From NCBI RefSeq assembly GCF_018977255.1, contig NW_024704743.1:83392001-83456000 (forward strand): a stretch of DNA of 64,000 nt. The letters are read 5' to 3'. The position numbers were made by a program, and so were the translations under genes. This DNA comes from Callorhinchus milii (taxonomy: Eukaryota). Under the pieces are notes generated by a model. The model was not told where the DNA came from, did no database searches, and saw only the letters and a program-made list of their open reading frames with translations. Position 1 is the stretch's first letter. Each line of letters begins with the position of its first letter. Of the stretch, positions 13,221-27,777 are shown piece after piece.

Positions 13221-13814
13221 AGAAACCAGTGGAATGTTCAGCCCCAAACATGCCATAAATAATTAAGTAACTAAATGCTTTTAGGAATACTGCGTTTTAT
13301 CCCTCATCACTGTTGTGTTTTATAAGAAATCATAAATTTGAGAAGTTTACCAGCTTTGTCGGGGAAACTGTTGACATTTTTAAAATGATTATTATGCCCC
13401 AAACAGAAATATATTGAACAAGTACAACTGAAACAGTATAGGGAAATGATTTCCATCAAATTTAAAACGGACTAAATAGTCACCATTTCTTTATTGAATC
13501 AGCTAAGTGTGTTTCAATTGAATTTCTGTGCAGTTTTTTTTATTGAAAGGTCTTTCATGAGCAGTAGAAATATTGTCCAAATGAATTGTAAAACACATGA
13601 GACAGGAGCTAGCAGATGGATGCTAACTCTTTGTTTCACTCTCGGTGCTTTGGCCCAAAGACGTTCGGAGGGGCTGTTTTCTAAACTTTTCTTTTTTTAC
13701 CATGGCTTTTCTGGAAGATTAGAGTGGAATACTCTGCGACAAAGCTGCTGAAATAACTTTATCCTAGAATATTCATTACTTGGGAAAGAAATTTGCACTT
13801 GCACCTAGCCCACC

Positions 13815-14325
13815 AACATTTCACAGTAAAACCTGTGAAGCGCTTTGAAACGTCCTCCTGACTTGAAAGGTACTATATCAAATGCAAGGCTTATTATTAT
13901 TTTGATTCATAAAAAATTGATGTATACAACAACAATCTATATCGCGCCCTTCATGCAGGGTAGCGTCCCGGAACATATAATAAGTTATGGGCTGGATTCA
14001 TATTTTGCCCTAGTTTCACATCAGCGTTCGCCCACAAATATACAGTCAATTCACTTTACAGTGTGTTCTGTGAAGCGCTTTGGGACGTCCTCCCGACGTG
14101 AAAAGTGCTATATCAAATGCAAGGATTATTATTATTATTATTATTATTATCTGCCTCCGATCAGGCTACGTTATACGTAGGAACTCACCCTTTTGGTCAT
14201 TGTTCCTCTCCTTTTTCCACCTTCCTTAGTGCTTCCTATCCCCAACCAGGGCTCCCAGTCAGTTCTCTGAAGCGCTTTGACACCCCCACGTGAAAGGTAC
14301 TATATAAATGTGGAATTGTTGTTGT
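13815..14325 (+). mobile_element. Cluster of SINE/L2 3' tails including a young SINE tail (14025-14150) with (att)n
   Basis: aagcgctttgggacgtcctcccgacgtgaaaagtgctatatcaaatgcaagg(att)n, followed by an L2-type tail ending (ttg)n. Confidence 0.85.
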
Positions 14326-15462
14326 TTGGTTTGGATTCTCGACAGCACGGCGATGGGTTTCTGCACGTTTGGTTGACCAAACACAAAAATACAGACCAGG
14401 CTATGCTGACTAGGAACACTGAGGCATAAACGTTCAGCACTCAGGAGCTCAGTCACCAGCTGCTCTGCTAAGCTCCTTTACTTAAATATCATTCTGCAGT
14501 GGAGTTTGGAAGGAATGCCCTATGCAAAGTATTTGTGTTTAAAAAAAGTAACTATTGAAAATCACTTTCAGGCATTTGTCAAACAAGATGTATGAGGAGG
14601 ACTTCCCTACGTATCATAAATTGCACTTTAAAGAGGCCAGGCCATGGAAAGTCATGTGCCTGTCCCTTTAAGAATTTTGTGCCTATGGGGCCTTGCAATA
14701 CAAAATTCATCAGATTTCTCCCAACTGAGGCACAAAGTAAGGGCCAAATCCACAGTAAGTGGGAGGAGATCTAAAAATGAATGAGAAATAGTATTGTTGT
14801 TGGCAAATGGAAAACTATAAAATGTTTCAGGTTTGTTGTATGACCTTGAAATGTACAACCACTTTTAGACCTGGCTGATTGTGCAATTTTGTCCAGGAAA
14901 CACTTCTTCATTGAAGTCTACATCAGTCAGAAAATACACTCACAACTCTTAAGACAACAACTTTAATTAACGATCTGCGTTATATTAGTTTCTTCTCCTG
15001 AGAACCCTGTAACAGATTACTGCCTTATGTAGTGTTTTGAGACTGGGCAGATGGGAGTATGATACTTTTATTGGCCCAAACCCCAAGTATTAGTAACAGT
15101 CCACTACTTTTGTTAAACTGTTAATTTTAGCAGGACAAATTTGTTGTTGAGTAAACCAGCCTTATGGGATCTTTACATCGGTACGTTTTCTCCCATTGAA
15201 AATTCATGCGAAAGATGGATTAGCTAGGGACTATATTAATAGATTCTGGCAACATACAGTGCTTAGAGACATTTGAAACTCCTGGACTCCTTGCATGATC
15301 TACTTGGGGTCCCAAAAACAAGGTAGTGTAGTTGATTTTCCTCTAACTCCATCCGTTCTTTTGCAAAGCAATGTAGAATGATAATGCTTTCATAAAAATC
15401 AATATAACTAGGTTAAAAAAAATGGCTATTTATAAACAGCAGGGAGAAGTGAACTAAAACAG

Positions 15463-15560
15463 ATCATAGAATATTACAACACAGAAGGAGGCCATTCGGC
15501 CTATCGTACCTGTGCATGCTCTTTGGAAAAGCTACATAATCAGTCCCACTCCCCACTTTA
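15463..15560 (-). mobile_element. CR1 LINE extreme 3' end
   Basis: atcatagaat...acagaaggaggccattcggcc is the reverse complement of the tail seen at 20280-20320. Confidence 0.75.
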
Positions 15561-15974
15561 ATCAAAATTGCACAGAACTCAATTTTTCCCTCTTATTCTC
15601 CAGGCACAGATGGAAAGCTAGATGAGCACAGCATCTGGGAATGTTAAAAAAATAAAATCTTTACAATTGATGCAGCGCCTTTCATATCAGGTAGGCACCT
15701 CAAAGGGCTGCACAGGATTTACTGTGAAGTGTAGTGACTCTAGCTCAGGCCGTAGAAAAAGAGTAGAGGCCGTATTCCATGCATCGTATTACAGTTTCTT
15801 CTACCTGGCAGTCATATTATGCATCCTGGTCTCATTTGGTACCTAAGCCTATGTGTTCTTCTGCAATATTTTTGTTTCTCCAATAGTGGACATCTCTTCC
15901 TATCAAGTAGCAGTTTGATAAGTAAGATGGACTTTATTTTAATATGTACTATTCTTCATCCAAACGTTTCACGG

Positions 15975-16200
15975 GTAGAGGAGTGGGTTAAGCACACTAC
16001 CCCTCTACCACTGTGGCCTCGTTGAATCCAGCCCAGACTGATGGAACAAAAGCTTCATTTTCTGGGGACCGTCAGAGGATCAACATAGAATAAGTTTGAA
16101 CAACCCCAACCCAGATCTAGGAGGAACATAGGGGCACACAATGGAAATGCTACTAGTGATGTTCCTCTAAGAGATATGGGAAATGGGACTGCTATATTGG
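15975..16200 (+). mobile_element. Decayed LF-SINE-like element (5' part); a probable 3' part of the same family lies at 47720-47900 (-)
   Basis: tgaatccagcccagactgatgg...caacccagatctagg resembles the LF-SINE head and body as I recall it. Confidence 0.4.
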
Positions 16201-18319
16201 TCTCCGACACTGAAATGGGAATCTTACTAACCTGGACTTTCTTTGTTGGGGATCAACGACAGAGATTTCAAGCACAATTTGAAGTGGCACAAATCAGCAC
16301 CCCCCACCCCCCTTTTCCCTTGAAAATCCCGAGCTCATTTGCGGAGTCAATCTGTCACTGCTTACAAGCAAGGAATATGTTAAACCTAAACTAGGGTGAC
16401 ACAAGTGGGATGGTCAAAGCTTAAAATATACATATGTCTGCATGAACTGGGTCAAAACATTTGTCTGGACTACAGATATTATAGCAATATCATTACTCAA
16501 GGCATCTAGGCACAATAACCTTGCTGGTGCAGGTGGTGTGGCGTAGAGGGGAAGAAAGAGGGCATGCAATGCTTACATATTATTTACTGCATCAAAGAAA
16601 TGCTAGTGTGAGGAATACATCAATGAACTCTCCCATCTGTGGATAAGCATTCCAAATAACCAAACCTTTTAACCATTTGAAAGTCTTTATTGTTGGGAGT
16701 CGAGTATGTGGGTTTAAAGCAGCATTAACCAGTTCAGTACCCTTAAGGAGGTTCTGTAATATTGTTGTTCTACAATTTGTGTGTTGTAACCCTTCTAGCA
16801 CCGTGGATAGGTTTAAAATGTTAGGTGTAGGTGTCAGCCTTGCTTAGTTGGTAGCTTGAGTTGGTAGATTGTGGGTTAAACCCCACATCAGTATTTTGAG
16901 CTCATAGTCTAGGCTGACATTCCAGTGCAATGCTCAGGAGCATTGCATTATTTGGTGGGGGTGGGTGTGGGGGCGAAGCCAGCCTACATTGATTTGGTTC
17001 TCCACACATGCATGCACACATGCATACATGCAGAGAGGGTCAATGGCCAGGGGATCCGATCTGACTATTCCCTCCAGCCCAGTGGCAACGAGGCCAATTT
17101 CAGTGCCCTCAGCTCTTGCCTCAGCTGAAATCAGCTAAATCAGTACATATTGGGATTGAACCTGTATCCTTCCGTTCCGTGTAGCCTAGTGCTGCACCAG
17201 ACAGTGCCTTTATAGCCAGTCGGCCATTGGGAGGGGGAGGGGGTCAGAAAGGAAAGAAAGCTAGCTATTATGATTTAACAATAGTCACAAAATATACCAG
17301 CTACTACGATAGTTAGCTTGTGGCCAAAAAGTACCAATTTAATACAACACTTAGAGTAAGAAAGTGTGCTAATAGCTGCCTGGAGCCACTGCCCTTTTTA
17401 ATTTGAACATTTATGCTGAAGAAAGCAATCACTGACAACATTAATTATAAACATTTGAGTAAGAGTGCCCGCTGCTTGCATTACTTACCATTTGGCCTCT
17501 GTCACTTTGCATCAGTCTGGCTTATCCATGCATCATTCACACTTATAATGATGCACTTACTTATCTGACTGTCTTATATCATATATGGATGTCTTCTTCA
17601 CAGGCTAAACTCACTGCAGGCTTAACTATCAGACCTAATTCTTAATGACTGCCCATAACTAAGGACTGCATTTGCTGAATTTTAGAATATCTCAAGCATA
17701 AATAGATAATGATAAAACATGTCAATACAGATTTCCTTTTAACTGTAGTAATATATGTATATACTGTGCAGTGAAGTCGGTTTATAATGACTGCCAAAGG
17801 AGGAGAGAAATAGTCTTCAGGTGAACTTTCAGACAGCTAGAAGCCTGAAATTGTTTTGTCCTCTTAACTGTAAGACTACTGCTTTAACATTTAAAGTTGT
17901 GTAGCATTTTGGAAATAGTTTTACATTCAGTGTTAATTTGGAAGCTGTTTTTCCGCAGCTCCTTAGCTTCCAAATTATTTTCCACAATTCTGCATGTTTT
18001 TCAATTTAGTCTTAGGGCCAAGGCCACAGGAAACCTCAGGCCTCTACTTTCCTAAATCAGGTTTGAGTCTGAACCATTAGATGTGCAGCACATCTTCAAT
18101 GTCCCTGACTGTAGTAAGTCCCAACAGCAAATTGTAAAAAATATATGATTGAGACCAACAGCTATTAGGCGACCATGGAGTGAAATTGGCAGAATTTCAC
18201 ACAGCACTATGGGGTCATAATACTTAACACATTGAAAGCATTATGAAGCGCTGCTATTTTCTTCCTTTTCTTTAAAGTACAGTAAGGCTGTACTTATCTT
18301 CCACCAAACTCTATGACTG

Positions 18320-18690
18320 CACAACAACCACAACACATGCTTTTATATAGCATCTTGCAGGTCAGGAGGATGTCCCAAGGCACTGGACAGGTGAGGGTTT
18401 GCACTCCAGATGGAGGTTAGATTCAGGAGGGTTAGGGTCCAAGGGGGAGTGGGATAGGAAGATGACTGAAACAACAGTCAAAGAGGAATGTTATGAGGCA
18501 GATCTTGAAGGAGGCAAAGGAAGGGACGAGGTGAAGGGACTCTGGGAGTGACAGCAGAAAGGCTGAAAGTCCAACCTCCGAAAGTGGGGTGGGCAGAGCG
18601 GGGGACATGAAGCAGGCCTGTGTCTACCAAGCGTAGGGAATGGGTGGGTCGGGAAGGGCTTATAAGAACACAGCGGTGGGGTGTAGGGCA
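18320..18690 (-). mobile_element. L2 LINE 3' fragment
   Basis: Reverse complement similar to 700-1008. Confidence 0.8.
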
Positions 18691-18879
18691 AGATTGTGTA
18701 CTGTACCGAGGCTGCGGAAATTCAGACGCTCAAACCAAGATCTGGTGCCGAATAACAACAATTCAAATGCAGCAGAACAGAAAACCGACTGAATTAAGTT
18801 ATTTTTTCGGTCTCTTATGGGCAATTCCAAAACCAGGAATCACATACGATGTTCAGCACTTAACAGGCCATTTATCCCA

Positions 18880-20320
18880 GTAAATTTTACTCCCCTGTAC
18901 AAAAAGGGGCAAAAGGATAAACCCAGGAACTACAGGCCAGTCAGCCTAACGTCAGTAGTGGGGAAACTTCGAGAGACTGTAATCTGGGACAAAATAAATT
19001 TTCCCTTAGAAAAATATTAGTTAATAAAGAACAGCCAACACGGATTTGTTAAAGGCAAATCATGTCTAACAAATCTGATAGAGGTTTTTGATGAAGTAAT
19101 TGAGAGGGTGGATGAAGGTAGTGCAGTTGATGTAGTTTATATGGATTTTCAAAAGACGTTTGACAAAGTGCCACATAAGAGACTTGTAAGCAAAATAGAA
19201 GCTCACGATATTAAAGGGACAGTGGCAGCATGGATACAGAACTGACTGGGAGACAGAAATCAGAGAGTGGTGAACGGTTGTTTTTCTGACTGGAGGGAAG
19301 TGTACAGTGGTGTCCCCCAAGGATCGGTGTTGGGACCATTGCTCTTTTTGATCTATATAAATGAACTGGACTTGGGTACAGGGAGTACAATGTCCAAGTT
19401 TGCAGATGATACTAGGAAAGCTAGGAAAAGTAGTAAACAGTGAGGAGGATAGTAGCAGATTGCAAGAGGACATAGTCAGACTGGCAAAATGGGCAGACAC
19501 GTGGCAGATGAAGTTTAATGTGGATAAATGTGAAGCAATGTATTTTGGGAGGAAGAATGAGGAGAGGCAATATAAGTTGATGGTACAATCTTAAAGGGGG
19601 TGAAGGAACAGAGAGACCTGGGGGTTCATATAAGTAAATCTTTGAAAGTGGCAGCACAGGTAGATAAAGCTGTTAAAAACGCATACGGGATACTAGGCTT
19701 TATAAATAGGGGCATAGAATACAAGAGTCAAGAAGTTATTATGAACCTTTATAAAAACACTGGTTAGGCCTCAGCTAGAGTACAGTGTCAGTTCTAGGCA
19801 CCACACTTTAGGAAGGATGTCAAGGCATTGGAGAGGGTACAAAGGAGATTTACCAGGATGATACCAGGAATGAGGGACTTCAGTTATCAGGAGAGGTTAG
19901 AGAAGCTAGGATTATTCTCCTTGGTACAGAGAAGGTTACGAGGAGACTTAATAGAAGTTTTCAAAATTATGAGGGGATTCGATAGGGGGAACAAGGAGAA
20001 AATATTTCCACTGGCGGGTGGGTCGGTAACTCAGGGTCACCGATTCAAAATAGTTGTTAAAAGAAACAGAGGGGAGGTGAGGAGAAATTTTTTCACACGG
20101 CGAGTTGTTCGGATCTGGAATGCAATGCTTGAAAGGGTGGTGGAAGCCGATTCGATAACAACTTTTAAGAGAGTAGATCATTATTTGGGGAGGACAAGTT
20201 TGCAGGGCTATGGGGAGTGGGGGGGCAGTGGGATTGATTTGGATAGCTCTTTTCAAAGAGCCAGCACAGACACGATGAGCCGAATGGCCTCCTTCTGTGC
20301 TGTAAATTCTATGATTCTAT
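18880..20320 (+). mobile_element. CR1 LINE, 5'-truncated, about 1.45 kb, with disrupted RT ORF2
   Basis: [84 protein letters not shown]. Tail gaatggcctccttctgtgctgtaaattctatgattctat. Stops and frameshifts present. Confidence 0.95.
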
Positions 20321-21527
20321 ACTCGCTGCGGGTGTTTTTCTTCACCTGAGCTTCCAGCATCCTAATCCCCTCTCCTAACCACTTGATTCCTACTCCCTCA
20401 TGACTACCAACGACTCTAATAAACCTCCTGATGAAGCAAGTCTGAAACTTTGCAAATGTGGAATTACTGAAGACTTTAATCGTTCAGACTCTCTGAAAGT
20501 CTCTTCTCCGCTAATCAGCATTGTATTTATTTTGCATAAACCAAACCAAACCTTGCACACTTTTTATGTTGTTCGTCCATCATGGTACAACATTTATTGT
20601 TTCCTCATTTTGTAAAAAAAGATGCATATCAACACTGCAGGGTTTTTAGTCATGTTGTTTAAACAAGCAAACGTGGCTCCATTTTCAATCAGTTTCAATT
20701 TATGTCGCACATCAATGAGAACATGAAATCAGTCTCTAAAGTAAGGTTGGCAGCCTCAGTGGTCACTAATCTCCTCCTTTGTGATTGTCTTGAAATCCTA
20801 CTGGTGCAGGAGCAATCTGCACAATCACAAATCCAACTTCTAAAGGAATTAAAACGTATTCTTTAAGATCTTGCCCATGTGATGTAGCTTGACATAGTCT
20901 GTGTTCGCTCTGCTATTCTGGCTCGAGCAGACAAAGCGGGGTGGGTAGAGACACAAACGGGGCAGAGACGGCCACTCTAATTTTCTCAGCCGAAGAAAAA
21001 AAATGGAAGCAAAACGAATAAAAGGAAATAAAGTAAAAATGATCAAAAGAGTTGCAAGCCCTGAAAGTCCCGATATCGGAACAGAGATGAACCATGGCCA
21101 GTGATGAGTGGGTCAGAAAAGTCCGTAATTGTTTGTGTCACTTAAACAAATCACAAATTTTGCAAGGATGCTGAATTATATTAAAATGGATGTTGTCTAC
21201 ATTTCATTTTCATAGTGCTGTTGGCGAATGAATTCATTTACATGTCCAATTTGAACTGTGACAATGACATCTGATAAATATGTAAAAGGTTACTTTACAG
21301 CCCAGGAAACAACGACATTTGCTCATGGCACATATGAAATTTTTACCACAGAAATTAATTAGTACTGCAGCCCATGAAGAGCGTGCACATGTCTGTCAAT
21401 TACAGACTGACTTATTTTATTTTACCAGGAGCGCTGAGTGCCAAGAAGTGAGGATGATGGGGGTGGAGTTGGTTGGGTGCGGGAGGAGAGAGAGAGAGAG
21501 GAGAAATGCTTCACCCATTTTAAATTA

Positions 21528-21728
<201 letters not shown>

Positions 21729-22449
21729 TTACGCCAGAAGAAAACATCATTAGTAGTGTCTAATGTGTCATTATGTGAGGCTACCTTCAGGCCCTTGGAT
21801 GACAACTGTCAGCCTTCATTATCACAACCACTGACAGGGCAAGCACACACAGGACTGCGAAAATGCATAAATTACATTGAATTAAAAGATTTACCCTGTG
21901 ATGTGCCCACTCCACACTGGCATGTCAGGTGTGCGCATTTCAGAGCAGCTGGATCCACTTTTCAGCCATCAACCGGCTATGTCAAGTGGTAACATCAGGC
22001 AAATCAAACTGACGCCACCGCAGCAAAGATAAGTCACATGAATAATGGGAAGCGAGTGGAACCAGAGCTTGACCATCCCTTATGGGTACAAATACCTTGG
22101 AGACAAATGCAAAGTGAGCGAAGACATCATGGGCTGATCAAATGCCTGCCTTCTACCTGCCTACCACTGCTATACCGACCTCAGACCTTGAAGGCACATA
22201 ATGTAGACATCTATGAATGAAAATGTCATTATACAGACATTTCGATAGAGAAAGAGTTCTTCTAGCTTTGATCATCAAGGCAAGCAGCTTAATTTAACAT
22301 GGCATTGCCAAAGCATAGGTCTGCATGCTGCAATATATCTTCATAATATCTATGTTTGCCAATAAAATATTTAGTAAAGGTCAATGAATGATTGGAATGA
22401 ATATAATGCTTATTTCCACATCTTTATTTATTTTCATTTGGGTGTCACC

Positions 22450-23130
22450 AATACTCCATACGAGTCTTCACCCATTCCTTATTCCTTCCCATACCTTCCT
22501 ATTCCCCTCTCTGCCATGTGAACTTCTAGCTTCTTCTTGAATGCATTTGCACTATCTGATCCAACCACCGCTTCAGGCAGCAAATTCCGCAATCTCACTA
22601 CCCTCCTTGTGAACTAGTGCCTACTAAATTCTAATTTTGATCCCCTAGTCACTATCTTAAACTTGTGTCCCCTGGTTACGGACTGCCCAACAAGTGGAAA
22701 CAGCCTATTTATCTTTTATAATTTTAATTACTTCTATTAGGTTCCCCACTTAAATGTCTCTTCTCTAACGAAAAAAGACCTAACCTATCCCGATAGCAGA
22801 AACCTGCCAACCCTGGTATCATCTTTGTAAACCTATGTTGTACTTCATTCGCTGTTATATCCTTCTTGGAGATCAGAACTGGACAAAACGCTTCAAATGT
22901 GATTTAATCAAGGTTTTGTATACATTCAACATCACCGCACTTTTATATTCTATCCCTCCAGATATAGAGACCAAGACCCTATTGGCATTTTTTATAGCCT
23001 TATCTACCTGGGCAGCTACCTTTAGAGATTTTTGCATCAGAATTTCCAGATCACTTTGCTCCTCTACTCCTTTTAGGTTCCTACCATCTAGACTATAGAC
23101 ATTGAACCTCATTTGCCATCTGTCTGCCAT
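22450..23130 (-). mobile_element. Older CR1 LINE 3' fragment
   Basis: ORF 22873..23268 ADRWQMRFNV...LKGVEEQSDL...SLKVAAQVDKAIKNAN...GIEYKS. Confidence 0.85.
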
Positions 23131-24837
23131 CTGTCTGGGTGGGAAGTAGATTTTCCTTGATTCATCACATCTCCTCTCAATGTAGCTGGTGAGTTTAGGC
23201 AATTTACTGTGGTGCCAGCCTGCACCAACATATGCTCTTGTCTTAAAATGTTGGGCAAAGTAGTGCAAGGAAAGAGAAGTGTTTCACTTCATGTCAATGA
23301 CATTTTTCTTTTGGATAAATAGATGACCTTTCATATATACCAGAAGCAGCACATGGTCCTCTATACCTAGAGGCCAGGAAGAAAGGCCATTTCTGCAAGG
23401 GTTGAATCTTAACAGAAACTTAATTATTTTGGTGAGTTCATTTGAATCCCTTCCTATCCTATCAAGTCATTTTCAAACTTGCTGGCTTTGTGAAGTTGGA
23501 CGTGGAAAGAGCACTGTCTACAGGAAAGTGGAAGGCGAACCATTTGGTCTTTTTTCATCTAACGTTTATGATGTTCTTATATTCTTATGTACAGTCTACC
23601 GGTCAGGTTCTGTGCTCCAAAAGATGCCCAGACCATATTTGCCAATGTTTCCAGTTTACAAAAGCAAATCAATGAAATGCCTCGTCTTTTGGACAGTATC
23701 TGCAGGGTTGGGAAACTGACTACGTATCATTGGAAAAATGCAGTCAATATCTAACGTTCAGACCTACAGGAAAGATTGAGCTGTAAATTGTTGTGTGAAG
23801 CTCTTGAGAGATGTGTTGACGTGATAAGGTGCTACATCAAATGCAAATATTATCATTGCATATTTTTCTGCCAGTTCTGGGAGGGAACTGAAAAGAATGG
23901 CATACAGTTTACTAGTAAGTGCAATGGGAATAAACTGTCCCCAAGTATAAATTTATTTAGTATTTTGGGCACCACAGGGTGTGGGAGCAGGATATTTGAG
24001 TGACAGTTACTGTGCACAGTGTTGTCAGACTGCAGAGCCGGAATTATTTATTCACTTCTTCCATCTGATGTGGTAATACTAGAGACATTTATGGATAAAA
24101 ATAAGCTACAAAATGTTATTTTATACCAGAGTTTTTACTGTTACATATCCTGCAATAAAATTTATAGTTTTGTTGGCAGTCCAGCTTATCTTACCTCGGT
24201 ATTAGAAAGCTCTGTGTGGTAAAGCCTAAAGTTCTGTGACACATCAAGGCTTGAGCTCATAATCTGGCCTGCAACCCTGGGGCTGTAGAGGGTACTGAGG
24301 TCCTGTCTGCCTGTTCTTCAATTGGATGCTAAAGATTTTACAACAGTACTTGAAACGACAAAGAGAGTTCTCCATGTCTCTTGTCCTGGTCAAGAATCCT
24401 CCAGGTAAAAATTGGACAATCATCTTGTGGCTATTTGTGGGACGTTGCTGTGTGGAAAATGGCTTCTGATTTTACCCGCAAAATCAGTCACCATATTTGA
24501 TAATCAAGAACCTTGCGTTGTTTCGATGTGATAAGGCACTATAAACATGCAAGTCCTTTCATTAAAAACAAAATTAAGCAACTTTACTATAGAGGCTTTA
24601 TTTTCTGACGTGAAACATGAAAAGCACTATACAAAGGTAAATTTGTATTGTATTTATTTTATTTTCTATTGCCACTTATTCAACAAAAATAGCTAGAGCT
24701 GATGTTAATGCAGCAGCAGCTCAACAGTACAATACTGGACTTGCATGCAGGAGCTTGAAGTCTAAATTTCAGGCATTGCGATCCACTGTACACTGTTCTT
24801 GAGTGAAGCTGGTTGGTTTAGTCATTTAGGTTTCATG

Positions 24838-24856
24838 TGGGCCACTAGAGGGAGCA
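24838..24856 (+). promoter_or_regulatory. Candidate CTCF site
   Basis: tgggCCACTAGAGGGAGCa has one deviation from the core consensus. Confidence 0.45.
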
Positions 24857-25786
24857 ATTCACAACACCACCGACTCCATCCCTGTGGCTCAAGGTGGTGC
24901 TTTGGGCAGACACAGCACACATATTGGACGGTTTTGAAGGATCAGAAAGAACTGGCTGATTTCTATTCTTGCAAGGAGTGAATAGGGTAGATTGTTACTT
25001 TATATGGAATTCCAGAACATCATAGGTCCCTGGGGAAACCCTCTAAGTTGCATTCAGCAATTTCTAGAAGGCTTTCAACCCAGTGCCTCATGAAACTCCC
25101 ATGAAGAAACTGGAAGCTAGACCAATAAATAGGCAAATCCTGGATTTTATCCGGGATGTAAGTAGTGTGTATGCCTCTGGGGAGAGGGTGCACTTCCATT
25201 CCAAATACAGGGAAATATATAGTCTACTCTACGCTCCGTCTGCTTATGATGTGAAATAGCCTCACAAGAGGGCTCCAGATATGAGAAGTAAATGCTGAGA
25301 AGGAGAGATCTAAAAAAAGGTTTGCTGAATAAATAGTTGGAACTCGGGATTCTATTGGATTTGAGATAACATGATACGCTAAATAAAATTTTTGGACACT
25401 CAAAAAATACGAATCTCTCTAATTTTACTTAAAGGCTGCACTTAAAATAAATGAATATAGTGCTATTTTGTAATAATTCTAATAACCTCTCCATTCGGTA
25501 TAGCGCCCTTCACGTCAGGAGGATGCCCCAAAGCATTTCACAGTCTAAAGTAAAGTACAATGATGGTATATCTTGTGGATATAACCTGTAGAAGGTGCAA
25601 CTGTGTTTTGCTGAATATTACTGAATTAAAATGAATTACAGGACAGATAACAAGCCTTTAATCAATTTCAAAACATGGCTGGCAAGGTGTTCCTCTCCCC
25701 TACCTCCTTATTCTTTTGAAATGCAATGTTATCCTTTTTTTCTAAATCTTCCAGAATGTGTTTGACAAGGGAACATATGTAATAAT

Positions 25787-25897
25787 AATAAATAATAATC
25801 CTTGCATTGATATAGCGCCTTATCACGTCTTCGAGTTGTCTCAAAGCGCTTCACAGAATATACTGCAAAGTGAATTGACTGTATATCTTGTGGGCGA
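25787..25897 (-). mobile_element. Deu-SINE 3' tail
   Basis: aataatccttgcattgatatagcgcc...tgtgggcgaaa. Confidence 0.8.
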
Positions 25898-27777
25898 AAT
25901 ATGTATATATATATATGTATAAACATATGCAAATATAGCATGTGACTGGATCATCCATTACAAGAAAACCAAGAAATGTAAATGGCATGTGAACAGGTCA
26001 CAGATTTCAAAACAAACACACAAACAGATGGTAATGGGATATGGGAGGGAGGGGGTGTTAGGAGCACAGATTATAAAATTCATCCACAGACAGATGTAAA
26101 TGTGCTGTGTGAACAGGTCACTGATAAGAACACAGCACTGAGGGAGATTTGTGGCAAGTTGCTTTGTTTTATCTGATCATTGTTAAGCAAATACTGCCAA
26201 AGGTTGACTGCATGCGCCCCTGTGACTTCTCAACAATATCTCTGATAGGAGGTTTCCATTCAGGAAATTGAAAGGTCTAAAACTAGACCGACTGAACTCT
26301 CTAGGAATGAATCTGCTCGCAGAAATACCTGACAAATCTACTCAAAAGAATCCTGACAACCATACAGTACTTCTTTGGTTCACAAAAAAAATCGACAATA
26401 ATTAGCATGGTTACACTGTTACATGGATCATACACACATGAAACTTAGCCTTTTTTCCTCTTTTATAACTACAATTTTAGAGCTGATTTCGCATTTGAAC
26501 ATTCAAAATAGCTGGATTAATTTGGTCAGAATGCCTGTCATCTACGAAAAAGCAAACACTTACTTTAACAAAAGGCTTACTGTGGGGACAGCTTAAGGCT
26601 ATACTGCAAAGCGGGAGAGTGTGCGATGTACAGTGTTGGCAAGCTGTCTCCTTGCGTATGCATTTCTGGAGTGGAAAAGATGCACTGGACACAATGGGAC
26701 CGACATTTGTTTTTCGTTAACATTGGGATCAAACCATGTTTAACAAATTCTTTTAGCTAAATGCTAACACATTCGTATGAGGATCCCGCTTCCCTAAACG
26801 AGAAATCTCATTTCATTAGCATGAGCCAAAAACAGCGCAGCCAATCATGTTGGCCCTGCAGAAATGGGCTGATGACATTTATAAACAGCAAATGAGTCAA
26901 GTGAAGATGCAAAGTGCCTGACACCCACAAACACAGCTCTGGAGTGCAGAATGCTTATAGGGCAATGGCTGATTGGGAAATTCAAAAGTGAGGTTTCAGA
27001 GGAGCCTGGCAATTCCTTGTGGATGCAGTAAGTGAATGGGCTGCCATGGTATTTTTGATGAGGGACAGATCATACCCCCCCTACACATAGACACAAACAC
27101 CATACACACATACCTCATACATACATACACTCCACCAAACACACACAAACACACACATCCTGCACGTAATGTACCAGAAAGCCATCTTATCCGAACAATC
27201 CACACCCTGCCACTGAGCCAATACAAAACTGTAAATTTTCATTCTCCCCACAACAATTAAACTATTATTAGAGCTCCATTATGTGCCAATTCCTAAAGTA
27301 GCAATTTTTTCTTTACAGATTTTTTCTTTGCAGCTACATGCAATATAGCATCCTCTGGGTAGCGTCTTGGAGCACTGAATGCTCCAATCCTCGTACATGG
27401 TGGGTTTTCATAAGGAAAAGATCACTATAGGTATTTTCTAGTGTTTGACACATGAATGGCTGACAGACAAGACCTGAATTTCCACCTAGCTTTAGCTTGC
27501 AGGACAGTTTTGATTTAAAAGTCAAGATCGATGAGGAACTGTGGAAAACTCTTAAATTCAGTCTTTATTTGGACACGGGTTTCCTGCAGTTCTTAAAGCG
27601 ACCCAGCTTCTGAATTAAGACTAAAATTAAGAATTTTCCAAAGTTCTCATGATCTTGAATTTGAAAACAAGTCTTTTCGGCTATGTAGAATGGAATTGTG
27701 GGCCATGTGCTGCTAAACTTTAGCATTTCAAAGTGGATCCTAAAACCAGCTTGAAAACAAACTCCCTTTGCGTTTAC

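Noticed and set aside
19828..20349. 173-aa ORF as a host gene
   Set aside because: It is the C-terminal remnant of CR1 ORF2.
26569..26666. Possible cassette exon (ORF 26477..26692 with a CxxC)
   Set aside because: The in-phase reading terminates and has no zinc-finger spacing or homology.
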